Assembly: GCA_965262725.1 (NCBI GenBank) | Contig: OZ253555.1 | Span: 704,001-768,000 of the forward strand | Direction of reading: 5' to 3' | Length of the DNA: 64,000 nt | Source: Dehalococcoidia bacterium | GTDB lineage: Bacteria > Chloroflexota > Dehalococcoidia > UBA2979 | Shown: positions 49,421 to 60,068 of the stretch, one piece after another | Layout of the letters: the number at the start of each line of letters is the position of its first letter | Position numbering within the stretch: the stretch's first letter is position 1 | Notes under the pieces: generated by a model | Seen by the model: the letters and a program-made list of their open reading frames with translations, nothing else | What the model was told of the DNA's origin: nothing | The model's database searches: none | Position numbers and translations under genes: made by a program

Positions 49421-49588
49421 GCACCTGTCGCTCGCCCGTGCTCCCCGCTCGCGCTCGCCGGATCATACGGCAGCGCACTCGGAGCCGGGCCCCGCACCGC
49501 GCCCGCCCGCCGCGACGGCTGGCCGCGCCCCCGGAGGCAGTCGGCCTGCCCGCGCCGTCGTCTCGGTCGCCCCGGCGGCGCGTCGCCC

Positions 49589-52500
49589 TCACGCCCCTCC
49601 CCGGCCGCCGTCGGCAGGGGAGGGGCAGAGCGCCTGCGCGAGGAGCTCCGCGCTGTGGAGCGGGGATCGCGTCGTGAAGTGGGTGATCTGCTGGCGGCAC
49701 GAGACACCCGTCACGGCGATGGCAGTGCCCTCCGGCGCGCTCTCGACGGCCGGAAAGAGCCGACGTTCCCCCATCTCGCGGGAGATCGCGTAGTGCTCGG
49801 CCTCGAAGCCGAAGGAGCCGGCCATGCCGCAGCAGGCGGAATCGATCAGCTCGGGCGCGTAGCCTGAGGCGGCGAGAGCGTCGAGGGTGGCGTCCATGCC
49901 GACCAGCGCCTTCTGGTGGCAGTGTCCGTGCACGAGGACGCGCCCCGGCGCGCCTTCGGCCTCGCGGCCGGCGCGCAGGGCAGCCATCGCCTCGGGGTCC
50001 TCTGCGGACACGCGCGCGACGAGCTCGTCGAGCAGCACGGCCTCGCGCGCCACGGTGGCCGCCGCTTCGTCGCGGAGGATGTCGGGGTACTCGTCGCGTA
50101 GCGCCAGCAGGCACGAGGGCTCGGTGCCGACGATCGGGACCCCACGCCGCGCGTATGGCGCGAGCGCGTCGACGTTGCGCCGCGCCCAGCGCCGCGCTGT
50201 GGGGAGCAGACCCTTGGAGATGGCGGGTCGGCCGCAGCAGCCCAGCCGCCTTACCAGGGTCACGCGGTACCCGAGCGCCTCGAGTACGCGCGTGGCGGCG
50301 GCCCCGACCTCCGGGTGGTGGAAGCGAGTGAAGGTGTCGTCGAAGAGCACGGCGTCGCCGCGCGCCGCCAGCCGCGTCGGATCCACGTCGCGGGTGTGCT
50401 CGGCGAACCAGCGGCGGAACCCTCGCCGCGCCAGCCGGGGAAACGGCCGCTCGCGGTGGACGCCGAGGAAGCGATGGGCGGCGTGCCGCGCCGGCCACGT
50501 CGCCGCGAGGGCGTTCGCGAGCGGGGCGACGCGGCTCCCCCACGCCGCGAGCCGGTGGACGTGCGCGAAGAGTCGGTCACGGTGCGGGATGCCGTGCTCT
50601 TCGTGGTAGAGCGCCAGCACCTCGCCCTTGAGCTTCGCCATATCGACGCCGGAGGGGCACTCGCTCTTGCACGCCTTGCACTCGACGCAGAGATCGAGCG
50701 CCTCGTGCACCCGCTCGCCGCGGAGCGCGGTGCGCGGGAGATCCCCCGCGAGGATGGCGCGCAGGAGGTTGGCGCGGCCGCGCGTGGAGTGCTCCTCGTC
50801 GCGCGTCACCATGTAGGAGGGGCACATCGCGCCGTCCTCCTTGCGGCAGGTTCCCTGCCCGTTGCACAGCTCGACGGCGCGCGCGAGGCCCCCCTGCGCC
50901 GAGAAGTCGAACACGGTCTGCGGCTCGCGGTTCTGCGTGGTCGGCGAGAGACGCAGGTTGGACGCGAAGGGAGGCGTGTCCACGATCTTGCCGGGGTTGA
51001 GCAGCCCATGCGGATCGAAGGTGCGCTTGACGGCGCGGAACGCCTCGGTGAGCTCTGCGCCGAACATCCGCTCCACGAAGGCGCCGCGCAGGATGCCGTC
51101 TCCGTGCTCCCCGGAGAGCGAGCCGCCGAACTCCAGCACGAGATCGGCGATCGCCGAGGCGAGCGACTCCATCGTCTCAAGGCCCGCGGCCCGCTTCACG
51201 TTCACCAGCGGGCGGATGTGGAGGCAGCCGACGGAGGCGTGACCGTAGTAGCCGGCGGTCGTGCCGTGGCGTGCCACCACCTCCTGGAAGCGCCGCACGA
51301 AGGCCGGGAGGCGCTCGGGCGCGACCGCCGCGTCCTCGACGAAGGCGAGCGGCTTGGCGTCGCCGGTCACGCTCATGAGGAGGCCCAGCCCCGCCTCGCG
51401 CACCCCCCACATGCGGCGCTGCCTCGCCGGATCGAGCTCCGTGACGGTGGCGTAGCCCAGGCCGCGCGCCGAGAAGTCCTCCGTGAGCGCGGCGAGCCGC
51501 GACGACAGCTCCTCCTCCGTGTCCCCGAAGAACTCGATCAGGAGCAGCGCTCCGGGATCACCCTGGATGTAGTCGGCGAGCGCGCGGTAGCCGGAGCTCT
51601 CCCGGCAGCGTTGCACGATCGTGTCGTCGATGAGCTCGACCGCGGCGGGTCGGTGTGCGAGGGAGGCGACGGTCGCCTCCGTCGCCTCGATCACGCTGTC
51701 GAAGTGCACGGCGGCGAGCGCGCGACGCGCCGGGAGCGGCGCCAGCCTCACGCGGGCCTCGGTGACGACCGCGAGCGTTCCCTCCGATCCGACCACGAGT
51801 CGCGAGAGGTCGACCTCTTCTCCGAGCAGCTCGTCGAGGTTGTAGCCGGAGACGCGGCGCTGGATACGCGGGAATCGCTCCGCGATCGCTCCGGCGTGCC
51901 GGCGCGCGATGGCCGGGATCTCGCGGTAGATCTCCCCCTCGAGGCCCGCGGTCCGGCGTCTCGCCTCGAGCGCATCGCCGGAGAGCGGCTGGAGCGTCGC
52001 CCGGCTGCCGTCTGACAGCACGACCTCGAGGGAGAGCACCTGGTCGATCGTCTTGCCGTAGAGCGGTGAGTGCGCGCCGCAGGAGTTGTTACCGATGCCG
52101 CCCCCGATCGTCGCGCGGTTCCGCGTCGAGGGATCGATGGGGTAGTGGAGGCCGTGGGGCGCTGCGGCGCGGTTGAGAGCGTCGAGGACCAGTCCCGGCT
52201 GCACGCGGGCCCAGCCCTCCGTGGCGTTGATCTCCAGTACCTCCCCCATGTGCGGCGTGAAGTCGAGCACGATGGCGTGGTTGACGCCCTGGCCGGCCAG
52301 GCTGGTCCCGCCGCCGCGGGGAAGCACGGGCACGCCGTAGAGCGCGGCGACGCCCAGGACGTACTCCACGTCCTCGGTCGTGCGCGGGAAGACCACGCAC
52401 ACCGGCTCCATCTGGTAGATCGAGGCATCGGTCGCGTAGATCCGTCGGGAGGCGCGGTCGGCGCGCACGTCCGATGCGCCGCCGCTGAGCCCATCGGCGA

Positions 52501-52597
52501 GGTCGCCACCGAGGGCGAGGATCCCCTCCTCGCCGAGGGCGAGGGCGGTGGCAACGCTCGCGTGATGCACCCCCGGGGGTGGGATGCTCGCGGTCAC
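49589..52597 (-). CDS. FAD-binding and Fe-S oxidoreductase (GlcD-GlcF fusion, YdiJ-like)
   Basis: RGGGTSLAGQ, GSEGTL, SGEHGDG, CxxCxxCxxxCP, CCG domains. Confidence 0.92.
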   Translation of the reverse strand: MTASIPPPGVHHASVATALALGEEGILALGGDLADGLSGGASDVRADRASRRIYATDASIYQMEPVCVVFPRTTEDVEYVLGVAALYGVPVLPRGGGTSLAGQGVNHAIVLDFTPHMGEVLEINATEGWARVQPGLVLDALNRAAAPHGLHYPIDPSTRNRATIGGGIGNNSCGAHSPLYGKTIDQVLSLEVVLSDGSRATLQPLSGDALEARRRTAGLEGEIYREIPAIARRHAGAIAERFPRIQRRVSGYNLDELLGEEVDLSRLVVGSEGTLAVVTEARVRLAPLPARRALAAVHFDSVIEATEATVASLAHRPAAVELIDDTIVQRCRESSGYRALADYIQGDPGALLLIEFFGDTEEELSSRLAALTEDFSARGLGYATVTELDPARQRRMWGVREAGLGLLMSVTGDAKPLAFVEDAAVAPERLPAFVRRFQEVVARHGTTAGYYGHASVGCLHIRPLVNVKRAAGLETMESLASAIADLVLEFGGSLSGEHGDGILRGAFVERMFGAELTEAFRAVKRTFDPHGLLNPGKIVDTPPFASNLRLSPTTQNREPQTVFDFSAQGGLARAVELCNGQGTCRKEDGAMCPSYMVTRDEEHSTRGRANLLRAILAGDLPRTALRGERVHEALDLCVECKACKSECPSGVDMAKLKGEVLALYHEEHGIPHRDRLFAHVHRLAAWGSRVAPLANALAATWPARHAAHRFLGVHRERPFPRLARRGFRRWFAEHTRDVDPTRLAARGDAVLFDDTFTRFHHPEVGAAATRVLEALGYRVTLVRRLGCCGRPAISKGLLPTARRWARRNVDALAPYARRGVPIVGTEPSCLLALRDEYPDILRDEAAATVAREAVLLDELVARVSAEDPEAMAALRAGREAEGAPGRVLVHGHCHQKALVGMDATLDALAASGYAPELIDSACCGMAGSFGFEAEHYAISREMGERRLFPAVESAPEGTAIAVTGVSCRQQITHFTTRSPLHSAELLAQALCPSPADGGRGGA

Positions 52598-52689
52598 GCC
52601 CGGCCTCCCGCTTCCTTGAGCCCTGCTCGGGCGCCGAGCGTAGCATGAGAGCCGCGGCAGCCCGCGAGCTGGAACGGAGGGGCGGCGCG

Positions 52690-54636
52690 ATGGCAGCAGC
52701 AGGCGACCCCTGTGCGAGCTACGACGCGGTGCTCGTGAGCAACGCCGGGATGCGGGCGCGGGACGGCACCTGGCTCGCGACCGACGTGTGGCGTCCCGCG
52801 CGAGACGGCGAGCCGCTCCCCGGCCCGTTTCCCGCGATTGTCACCCGCACGCCCTACAGCCGCCGGGCCGGGCCCGGGCGCTCGCCCCACGGCACGGGGA
52901 TGGCGTGGAACAGCGGCGAGTTCTGGGCGCGCCACGGCTACCTCGGCGTCGTGCAGGACGTGCGCGGTCGCTTCGACTCCGAGGGCGAGTTCGTGCTGAT
53001 CGCCAACGAGGGTCCGGACGGCTACGACGCCGTGGAATGGACGGCGGCGCTCCCCTACTGCGACGGCAACGTCGGGACGATGGGCACCTCCTACATGGGC
53101 TGGACGCAGTCGGCTGCGGCCGTCGAGCGTCCTCCCCACCTGCGCGCGATGTGGGTGAACCAGGGGGGGAGCGACGGCCGCGTGAGCGCCATCCGCCACA
53201 ACGGCGCGATGGAGCTGCGGTGGCTCGCGTGGGCGGTGTGCTTCGGCTCCGTCTCGCGCGAGGCGCTGGCCGACCCCTCTCTCGGTGCGGAGCTCGCCGA
53301 GCACGGGCGGGCGATGGGCGAGTGGCTCAGGCGCCTGCCGTGGCCGGCCGAGGGTGGCCCGCTCGCGCGCCTGCCGTCCTATGATCGCTGGGCGCGCGCC
53401 CTCTACGAGGGGGTCGACGACGAGGCGCTCTGGGCCGGCTCGGGCCTCGCTCCGGCCCGCCACTACGACCGGACCGCGGATGTGCCCACGGTCTATTCGG
53501 GTGGCTGGTACGACTCCTACACGCGCGCGACCACCGACTCCTACGCGGCGCTCGCCCCCCGGCTCGCCGGGCAGCGGCTGCTGATGGGGCCGTGGAACCA
53601 CGGCGCGCGCACAATGGACCTCGAGAGCGCCGGCGACGTCGACTTCGGGCCTGGGGCGACGATCGCGGGCTCGGGACTGCTGCCGCCCGGAGAGGGGCCC
53701 GTCGAGGGACAGCTTCACCTGCACCGGCGCTGGTTCGACCGCTGGCTGCGCGGCGTCGACAACGGCGTCGACCGCGAACCGCCGGTGCGTCTCTTCGTGA
53801 TGGGGGGCGGGGACGGCGGCCGCACGCCCGAGGGGCGGCTGCGTCACGGCGGCTCCTGGCGCGACGAGGCACAGTGGCCGCCGGAGCGCGCCGTGCCGAC
53901 GCGCTTCTACCTGCAGCCCGGTGGTCAGCTCGCGCAGGGGCGGCCGCCCACGGGTGGCGGCGCCTCCGAGCTGCGCTTCGATCCGCTCGACCCGCTGCCG
54001 ACGGTCTCGGCGAACACCTCCTCGCTCTATGAGCTGCTCGCACCGCCTGAGCGGGTGACTCTCGACTCGCCTCTCGTGCTGCTCCGCTCGCTCGTGACGA
54101 TGGGCGGCTCCGACCAGAGGACCCGCCCCGGCGTCTTCGGAGCGCGCGCGCCGTACGGCCCGCTCTCCGATCGCGCCGACGTGCTCTCCTTCGCGAGCCC
54201 ACCGCTTGAGCGCGATGTCGAGGTGGTCGGTCCCGTCGAGGCGGAGCTATATGTCTCGACCGATGTCCCGGACACGGACATCTTCGTGATGCTGCTCGAC
54301 CTCTACCCGCCCTCTCCGGAGTGGCCGGAGGGCTACCGGCTCAACGTCGCCGATGGGCTGCTCAGGCTCCGCTACCGCGAGGGCTTCGATCCGCGGCCTC
54401 TCCGGGCAGGCGAGCGCTACCGGGTCGCCGTGCCCCTCTACCCGACGGCGAACCGCTTCCGGGCCGGGCATCGCATCGGCCTCTGGGTCTCGTCGTCGTC
54501 GTTCCCCCGCTTCGACGTGAATCCGAACACGGGCGAGCCGCCGGGCCGGCACACGCAGACGCGCGTCGCGCACACGCGCATCCACCACGCCGCCGAGGCG
54601 CCGTCGATGGTGCGGCTCCCCGTCGTGCCGGCGTAG
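52690..54636 (+). CDS. CocE/NonD family hydrolase
   Basis: RTPY, QDVRGR, GTSY, GWYD, GPWNH, SSSFPRFD. Confidence 0.95.
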   Translation: MAAAGDPCASYDAVLVSNAGMRARDGTWLATDVWRPARDGEPLPGPFPAIVTRTPYSRRAGPGRSPHGTGMAWNSGEFWARHGYLGVVQDVRGRFDSEGEFVLIANEGPDGYDAVEWTAALPYCDGNVGTMGTSYMGWTQSAAAVERPPHLRAMWVNQGGSDGRVSAIRHNGAMELRWLAWAVCFGSVSREALADPSLGAELAEHGRAMGEWLRRLPWPAEGGPLARLPSYDRWARALYEGVDDEALWAGSGLAPARHYDRTADVPTVYSGGWYDSYTRATTDSYAALAPRLAGQRLLMGPWNHGARTMDLESAGDVDFGPGATIAGSGLLPPGEGPVEGQLHLHRRWFDRWLRGVDNGVDREPPVRLFVMGGGDGGRTPEGRLRHGGSWRDEAQWPPERAVPTRFYLQPGGQLAQGRPPTGGGASELRFDPLDPLPTVSANTSSLYELLAPPERVTLDSPLVLLRSLVTMGGSDQRTRPGVFGARAPYGPLSDRADVLSFASPPLERDVEVVGPVEAELYVSTDVPDTDIFVMLLDLYPPSPEWPEGYRLNVADGLLRLRYREGFDPRPLRAGERYRVAVPLYPTANRFRAGHRIGLWVSSSSFPRFDVNPNTGEPPGRHTQTRVAHTRIHHAAEAPSMVRLPVVPA

Positions 54637-54649
54637 TGGGTCTGGGGCC

Positions 54650-55138
54650 GTGGAGCTCGCACCGGCGCTCGTCGCCTTCCTCGAGGAACAGCGCGTCGCC
54701 CGCTTCGCGACCATCGATGGCGACGGGCTCCCGCACGTGCTCCCGGTCTGCTACGCGCTCCTGCGAGGCCCTGACGAAGACTCCCTCTACTCGGTCGTCG
54801 ACGAGAAGCCGAAGCGGGGCGAGCCCCGCCGGCTGGCACGGCTGCGTCACCTGCTCCTCCATCCCCGTGCGGCGCTCCTGGTCGACGTCTGGGACGAGGA
54901 GTGGAGCCGCCTCGGCTGGGTGATGGTGCAGGGCGAGGTCGCCGTCTTCCACGGGGAGGAGGGCCTCGTCCCCGCGCCCGGCGAGGAGGAGCGCGCCCTC
55001 CAGGCATTGCGCCGCCGCTACCCGCAGTACCGCGCGATGGCCCTGGAGGGGCGGCCCCTCATCCGGTTGCGTCCCGGGCGCGTGCTGCACTGGGGCGGGG
55101 AGGAGAGCGCGCTCGCCCGCACCCGCGAGCCCCGCTGA
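54650..55138 (+). CDS. PPOX-class probable F420-dependent oxidoreductase
   Basis: ARFAT...PHVLPVCY...DEKPK...EEWSRLGWV...YPQY. Confidence 0.85.
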   Translation: MELAPALVAFLEEQRVARFATIDGDGLPHVLPVCYALLRGPDEDSLYSVVDEKPKRGEPRRLARLRHLLLHPRAALLVDVWDEEWSRLGWVMVQGEVAVFHGEEGLVPAPGEEERALQALRRRYPQYRAMALEGRPLIRLRPGRVLHWGGEESALARTREPR

Positions 55139-55141
55139 GTC

Positions 55142-55546
55142 CTACTCGACGACCGCCGTCGCCTCCACCTCGCAGAGGAAATCGGTCGAGGCGAGCCGTT
55201 CCACGCCGAGGAGCGTCGATGCCGGGCGCTTCGCGGTCGGGAGGAACTCGTCGCGGACGGCACGGCCGGCGGTGCGCGCCTCGTCGGAGAGCGAGACGAC
55301 GTACACGGTGACGCGCAGCACGTCCTCCCAGCCCGCCCCGGCCGCTTCGAGCGCGAGCTGCACGTTGCGGTAGCACTGCCGCATCTGTGCGAGCAGGTCG
55401 CCGGCGCCCACGACCTGCCCGCTCGCGTCCAGCGGCACCTGGCCTGCGGTCATGACCAGGCGCCCAGGTCCGGAGGAGACGACCTGGCTGAATTGTCCTC
55501 CGGGCGGCGGCGCGAGCCCTGGCGGATCGACGTGCTGCTTCGGCAT
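55142..55546 (-). CDS. RidA/YjgF family protein
   Basis: AGQVP, PASTLLGV..L...EVEATA. Confidence 0.92.
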   Translation of the reverse strand: MPKQHVDPPGLAPPPGGQFSQVVSSGPGRLVMTAGQVPLDASGQVVGAGDLLAQMRQCYRNVQLALEAAGAGWEDVLRVTVYVVSLSDEARTAGRAVRDEFLPTAKRPASTLLGVERLASTDFLCEVEATAVVE

Positions 55547-55662
55547 CCGTCCTCATCCCTGGTGCCGGCGTCGGCGTGGACGCATCCGGCGCGTTCGCGC
55601 AGTATACGCCCGCCTCGGTGGCGGTCCCTGTCCGCCGGGGCGCTGCGAGGCGGGGGGATCTG

Positions 55663-56454
55663 ATGGCCGTGCTCTCGGGCAAGGTGGCGCTGGTCACGGG
55701 GGGCGGCCGCGGCATCGGTCGCTGCGTCGCGCTCCGCTTCGCACGCGAGGGGGCCGAGGTCGCGGTCACGGGGCGCACGGCCGACGAGGTGGAGGAGACG
55801 GCCGCTCAGGCGCGCACCCTCGGCGTGCGCGCCGTAGCGATCGTCGGCGACCAGTCGCACGAGGACGATGCCCGCCGCATGGTGGAGCAGGCGGAGCACC
55901 AGCTGGGGCCGCTCGATGTCCTCGTCAACAACGCCGCTGTCGGGATCCGCTATGTGCCCGATCCGGAGATGCGCTGGGCGCACACGCTGAGCGTCGAGGA
56001 CTGGGACGCGGTCATCGCGATCAACCTGCGGGGCGTCTTCCTGGTGACGCGCTTCGCGTTGCCGGGGATGCGCTCGCGCGGGCGGGGGTCGATCGTCATG
56101 GTCTCCTCCGGTCTCGGCCGCCGCGGCGGACGCCAGTACGGGCCCTACAGCGTGTCGAAGTTCGGCGTCGAGGGGCTGATGCAGGTGATCGCCGTCGAGA
56201 ACGACGGGAGCGGCGTCCGCTGCAACTCGCTCGCCACCGGGGGCCTCACCAACAGCTCGGAAAAGTTCCTCGGGAAGCTCCCGTCCGAGCGACTCGCCGA
56301 GATCCTCCCGGCGAACATCTGCGAGGACTCGGTGCTCTACCTCGCGAGCGACGAGTCGGCGGGCGTGAGCGGGCAGGCACTCACCGCCGCGCTCTGGAAC
56401 GCCGAGCACGGGATCACGGTCGAGGCGCTGCGCGAGCGCCTGGCGCGCGAGTAG
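55663..56454 (+). CDS. short-chain dehydrogenase/reductase
   Basis: TGGGRGIG, NNA, YSVSK. Confidence 0.95.
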   Translation: MAVLSGKVALVTGGGRGIGRCVALRFAREGAEVAVTGRTADEVEETAAQARTLGVRAVAIVGDQSHEDDARRMVEQAEHQLGPLDVLVNNAAVGIRYVPDPEMRWAHTLSVEDWDAVIAINLRGVFLVTRFALPGMRSRGRGSIVMVSSGLGRRGGRQYGPYSVSKFGVEGLMQVIAVENDGSGVRCNSLATGGLTNSSEKFLGKLPSERLAEILPANICEDSVLYLASDESAGVSGQALTAALWNAEHGITVEALRERLARE

Positions 56455-56488
56455 CGCCCCCGGCGGGGCGAAGGCGGCGGGCGGCCCT

Positions 56489-57769
56489 GTGAGCGAGCAC
56501 TCGGATCGGGAGGTGGTCCGCGCGCACTACGAGGAGCTCCCGTACCCCGCGCGCGACCCGGAGGACGAGCGTCGGCGGCTGGTCCAGGACCCTCTCTCGC
56601 AGCTCGCGCTCGTCGATCACCTCTTCTGGGGTGGTCGGTGGCACGAGGGCGGCGGTCTCCGCGTGCTCGACGCGGGGTGTGGGACCGGCGACTCCGTGAT
56701 CTGCCTTGCTGAGCAGCTCCGGGGGAGCGCCGGCCAGATCGTCGCGCTCGATGTCTCGGAGGCCTCGCTTGCCGTGGCGGCGGCACGGGCCCGCGTGCGC
56801 GGACTCGAGGGGATCGAGTTCGTCCACGGCAGCATCGAGGATCTCCCCTCGCTCGGACTCGGGGAGTTCGACTACATCGTGGCACCGGGGGTGCTGCACC
56901 ACCTCGCCTCGCCCGAGGAGGGTCTGAGCCGGCTCGCGGAGACCCTGGCGCCGGACGGCGGGCTCGGAGTCAGGGTGTACGGGCGCTACGGGCGCACCGG
57001 CGTCTCCCAGGTGCGGGAGCTGCTCCGGATCCTCGCGCCGCCGGGTGAACCCACCAGTGCGCGCCTGCACACGGCTAGGCGTCTCCTCGCGCGGCTGCGC
57101 CGGGAGCATCCGGCCAGGGTGTACGCCGATGAGTGGGAGCGCGAACTCAGAGAGAACGGAGGCACCGACGGAGATGCGGCCCTCGGCGATCTCTTCCTGC
57201 ACCCACGGGAGCGCGCGTACACGGTCCCGGAGCTCTACGACTGGCTCGTAGGCTCCGGGCTGCGCCTCACTGCGTTCGACCCGCCCGGAGCCTACGAGCC
57301 GGGTTCCGAGCTCGACGCCACGCGCCTCTCCGTGCCGGAGCGGCATGCCCTCGCCGAGCTCCTGAACGGGCGCATGGGGCACCACCGCTTCTTCGCGCAA
57401 CGCGCGACGGCACCTGCGCCGCCCCGGGCGCGCTGGGACGACGAATCGGCCGTCCCGACGTGGGGTCGATTCGACCCGGAGGGGGAGCGTGACCGCCTCC
57501 TGGAGGAGGGAGTCGCGGTGACGGGGTATTCCGGCGAGACCCGAACACGGGTGCCGCTGACCCCCGTCGGCGTCGAGATCCTGCGGCGAGTCGACGGACA
57601 GCGTCCCCTTCGCGACATTCTCGATCGTATCGGTGCCGTCTCGGGAACGGCCGCTCGGAGCCGAGCCCGCCGGGAGTGGGAGCGTCTCCATCGGGAGCTC
57701 GGCGCCGTGAGCTATCTCGTGCTGAACCCGCCCCCGGATGCCGCGCGGTCCACGACGTTGTCGGCGTGA
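56489..57769 (+). CDS. class I SAM-dependent methyltransferase
   Basis: YEELPYP, VLDAGCGTG, GVLHHL, DLFLHPRE. Confidence 0.9.
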   Translation: MSEHSDREVVRAHYEELPYPARDPEDERRRLVQDPLSQLALVDHLFWGGRWHEGGGLRVLDAGCGTGDSVICLAEQLRGSAGQIVALDVSEASLAVAAARARVRGLEGIEFVHGSIEDLPSLGLGEFDYIVAPGVLHHLASPEEGLSRLAETLAPDGGLGVRVYGRYGRTGVSQVRELLRILAPPGEPTSARLHTARRLLARLRREHPARVYADEWERELRENGGTDGDAALGDLFLHPRERAYTVPELYDWLVGSGLRLTAFDPPGAYEPGSELDATRLSVPERHALAELLNGRMGHHRFFAQRATAPAPPRARWDDESAVPTWGRFDPEGERDRLLEEGVAVTGYSGETRTRVPLTPVGVEILRRVDGQRPLRDILDRIGAVSGTAARSRARREWERLHRELGAVSYLVLNPPPDAARSTTLSA

Positions 57770-57933
57770 GCAAGGTCCGGCGGCCGGGACCTCCTGGCTC
57801 GCCCGACCCCACGTAGCGCCCTCGGGGTCGGCCTGCGACGGGGAGTGGTGAGTCCCCGAGCACGACCGCCCGCCGATGTTGGGTTGTGTGTCGTGCCGCC
57901 GCCGCGGCAAGTCACGCCTACAGTGCCTGTGCG

Positions 57934-58866
57934 ATGCAGCAGAATCACTGGGCCCCGCCCGACTTCAGCGACATCGGCCTTCTCGCCACGGCGCGCGACA
58001 GCGTCTGCACGTCCGCCGCTCCGGTCGGGCGGTTGCGCGTCGTCGGTGAGGGCTTCTTCAGCGTCGCATTCGCCTCCGAGTCCGGCCACATCTTCCGTCT
58101 CGGCACGAGCCCCGACGTCGTCGCGCGCTACCGGAAGGAGTGGGACGTCCTGCCATGGCTGGCCGCCACGGGGCTCCCGGCCGCGAGCCCCGCGCCGTCG
58201 TGCCTCCTCGAGCCCGGGGAGAGCTTTCCGTTCGGTGGCATGAGCTACCCGATGCTCTCCGGCCGCGAGCTTCTCCCCGACGTCCTCGCCCGCTCGGATC
58301 GCGGCGCGCTGGCGCGGCAGATCGCCGCCTTCAACATCGCGATGCACCGGCTCCCGGTCGACGAGGGGTTCGGCGCCGGTCTCCCGGACGGGCGCGAGGT
58401 CGACCGAGCGTGGCTGAAGGCCTACCAGGGCTCTTCGGTCGATGCGCTCCGCGGCGTCCTCGATCCGGTCGAGCACGCGAAGCTCGTCCGCTGGTGGGAC
58501 GACATGCTCACCGACCGGCGCCTGAGCGACTACGAGCCGGTGGTCGTCCACGGCGACGTCGGGGACGAGAACCTGCTCGTGGACGACGACGGTCACCTCA
58601 TCGGCGTCCTCGACTTCGAGCACGCCGCGGTCGGCGATCCGATCCACGACTTCCGCCAGCTCCGTTACATCGACGAGAGCTTCATGGAGGAGGTCATCGC
58701 CGCGTACGTGACGCTCGGCGGGCAGATCGACGATGGGTTTCGCTACCGGATGGAGTGTGAGCGCCAGCTCGGCCCGTTCGGCGACATCCGGCGCGCGTGG
58801 GGCCGGGACGAGCATGCGCCGATCGAGCGCGCCCCGGCTCAGCTTCGGGCTGTGGGGGTGATTTAG
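57934..58866 (+). CDS. APH-family phosphotransferase
   Basis: GEGFFS, HGDVGDENLL, GVLDFE. Confidence 0.88.
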   Translation: MQQNHWAPPDFSDIGLLATARDSVCTSAAPVGRLRVVGEGFFSVAFASESGHIFRLGTSPDVVARYRKEWDVLPWLAATGLPAASPAPSCLLEPGESFPFGGMSYPMLSGRELLPDVLARSDRGALARQIAAFNIAMHRLPVDEGFGAGLPDGREVDRAWLKAYQGSSVDALRGVLDPVEHAKLVRWWDDMLTDRRLSDYEPVVVHGDVGDENLLVDDDGHLIGVLDFEHAAVGDPIHDFRQLRYIDESFMEEVIAAYVTLGGQIDDGFRYRMECERQLGPFGDIRRAWGRDEHAPIERAPAQLRAVGVI

Positions 58867-59324
58867 CGGCGGCGGCGGCCCCCGAAGAAGGAGCGCACCG
58901 AGTTCCAGGCGCCGCCGCCGCCGACTCCGTCGAGGAAGTCTTTCCAGGCCTCCTCGGCGGATGCCGCGCGCCTGAGGCCGCGCACGCGCTCGTCGATGAT
59001 GTCGCGGACCCGCCCGTCCTCGCCGGCATCGAGCCAGAAGCCATGCTCCTCTTCGCAGACGTCGAGCTCGAGGTCGTATCCGCGGTAGTTGAAGGCGCTC
59101 ATCTGCCGCTGGCACACCGGGCAAAGCAGATCGGACTGGCGGTCGGCGTAGCGGATCGTGGCGCGGCGCACCCCCTCATCTGAGACGCGGGTCGCCTCCA
59201 GGTCGTCGAGCTCGTGGTGGTCGAGCCAGCGTCCGTTGCAGGTCGAGCAGTGGTCGACCTCGATGCCGTGGATTTGCGTCTCGACGAGCGCCGAGTTGTC
59301 CCGCGGGCAGCGAAGATCGGTCAT
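58863..59324 (-). CDS. tandem zf-TFIIB domain protein
   Basis: CPRD...DHCSTCNGRWLD and CPVC...DVC..HGFWLDAGE. Confidence 0.85.
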   Translation of the reverse strand: MTDLRCPRDNSALVETQIHGIEVDHCSTCNGRWLDHHELDDLEATRVSDEGVRRATIRYADRQSDLLCPVCQRQMSAFNYRGYDLELDVCEEEHGFWLDAGEDGRVRDIIDERVRGLRRAASAEEAWKDFLDGVGGGGAWNSVRSFFGGRRRR

Positions 59325-59471
59325 GGGCGGGTCTCCTCTTCGGCGTCTCGTCGACCGGCCCCGGGTGGAGGCCGGTTTCCCACCGTCGATTCTATCGGAG
59401 CTTCGCCTGTTTCCTGAGCCCACCTGCGATCGCCGGGCCGTTGGGGGAGCTCGACCTGCTACGATGCGGCC

Positions 59472-59972
59472 ATGACGAGTCCCGTCGACGCGCGGCTCTA
59501 TCGCGACGCGATCGGGCGCTTCGCCACGGGTGTCACGGTCGTCACCGTCGACGACGGGCAGGAGCCCCGTGGGATGACGGCGAATGCCATCACGTCGGTG
59601 TCGCTGGATCCCGTCCTGCTGTTGGTCTGCGTCGCCAAGAGCGCCCGATCGCACGAGGCGCTCGCGATCCCACGCTCCTTCGGGGTCAACGTGCTCGCCG
59701 CGGATCAGCGCGAGCTCTCCGACTTCTTCGCGCGCTCGTCGACCGATGCGGAGACGCCGATGGGGGGCTGGCCCTATCGGACCGGATCGACGGGCGCGCC
59801 GATACTCGAGGGCGCCCTCGCGTGGTTCGAGTGCCGCGTCGCGGACTGGTTCCCCGGCGGCGACCACTCGATTGTGGTGGGCGAAGTCGTCGACCTCGCG
59901 CTCGAGCGCCCCGACGCCGAGCCGCTGCTCTTCCACGCCGGCGCCTACCGCCGACTCGGCGACCCCCTGTAG
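59472..59972 (+). CDS. flavin reductase family protein
   Basis: FATGVTVVT, GMTANA, SVSLDP, GDH; TACGAT 6 nt upstream (leaderless). Confidence 0.95.
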   Translation: MTSPVDARLYRDAIGRFATGVTVVTVDDGQEPRGMTANAITSVSLDPVLLLVCVAKSARSHEALAIPRSFGVNVLAADQRELSDFFARSSTDAETPMGGWPYRTGSTGAPILEGALAWFECRVADWFPGGDHSIVVGEVVDLALERPDAEPLLFHAGAYRRLGDPL

Positions 59973-60068
59973 CGCCGTCCCGGGGCCGCCACCTGTCCGC
60001 CGTCGCCGCCCACGGGAAGCCCGTGTAGACTCGGTGATGTCTGCGCGCACTGTGTCGCAGTCGTTCGC

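Noticed and set aside
57934-58866. Antibiotic-resistance gene call
   Set aside because: The APH-like fold is broad and the context is core metabolism; substrate cannot be inferred
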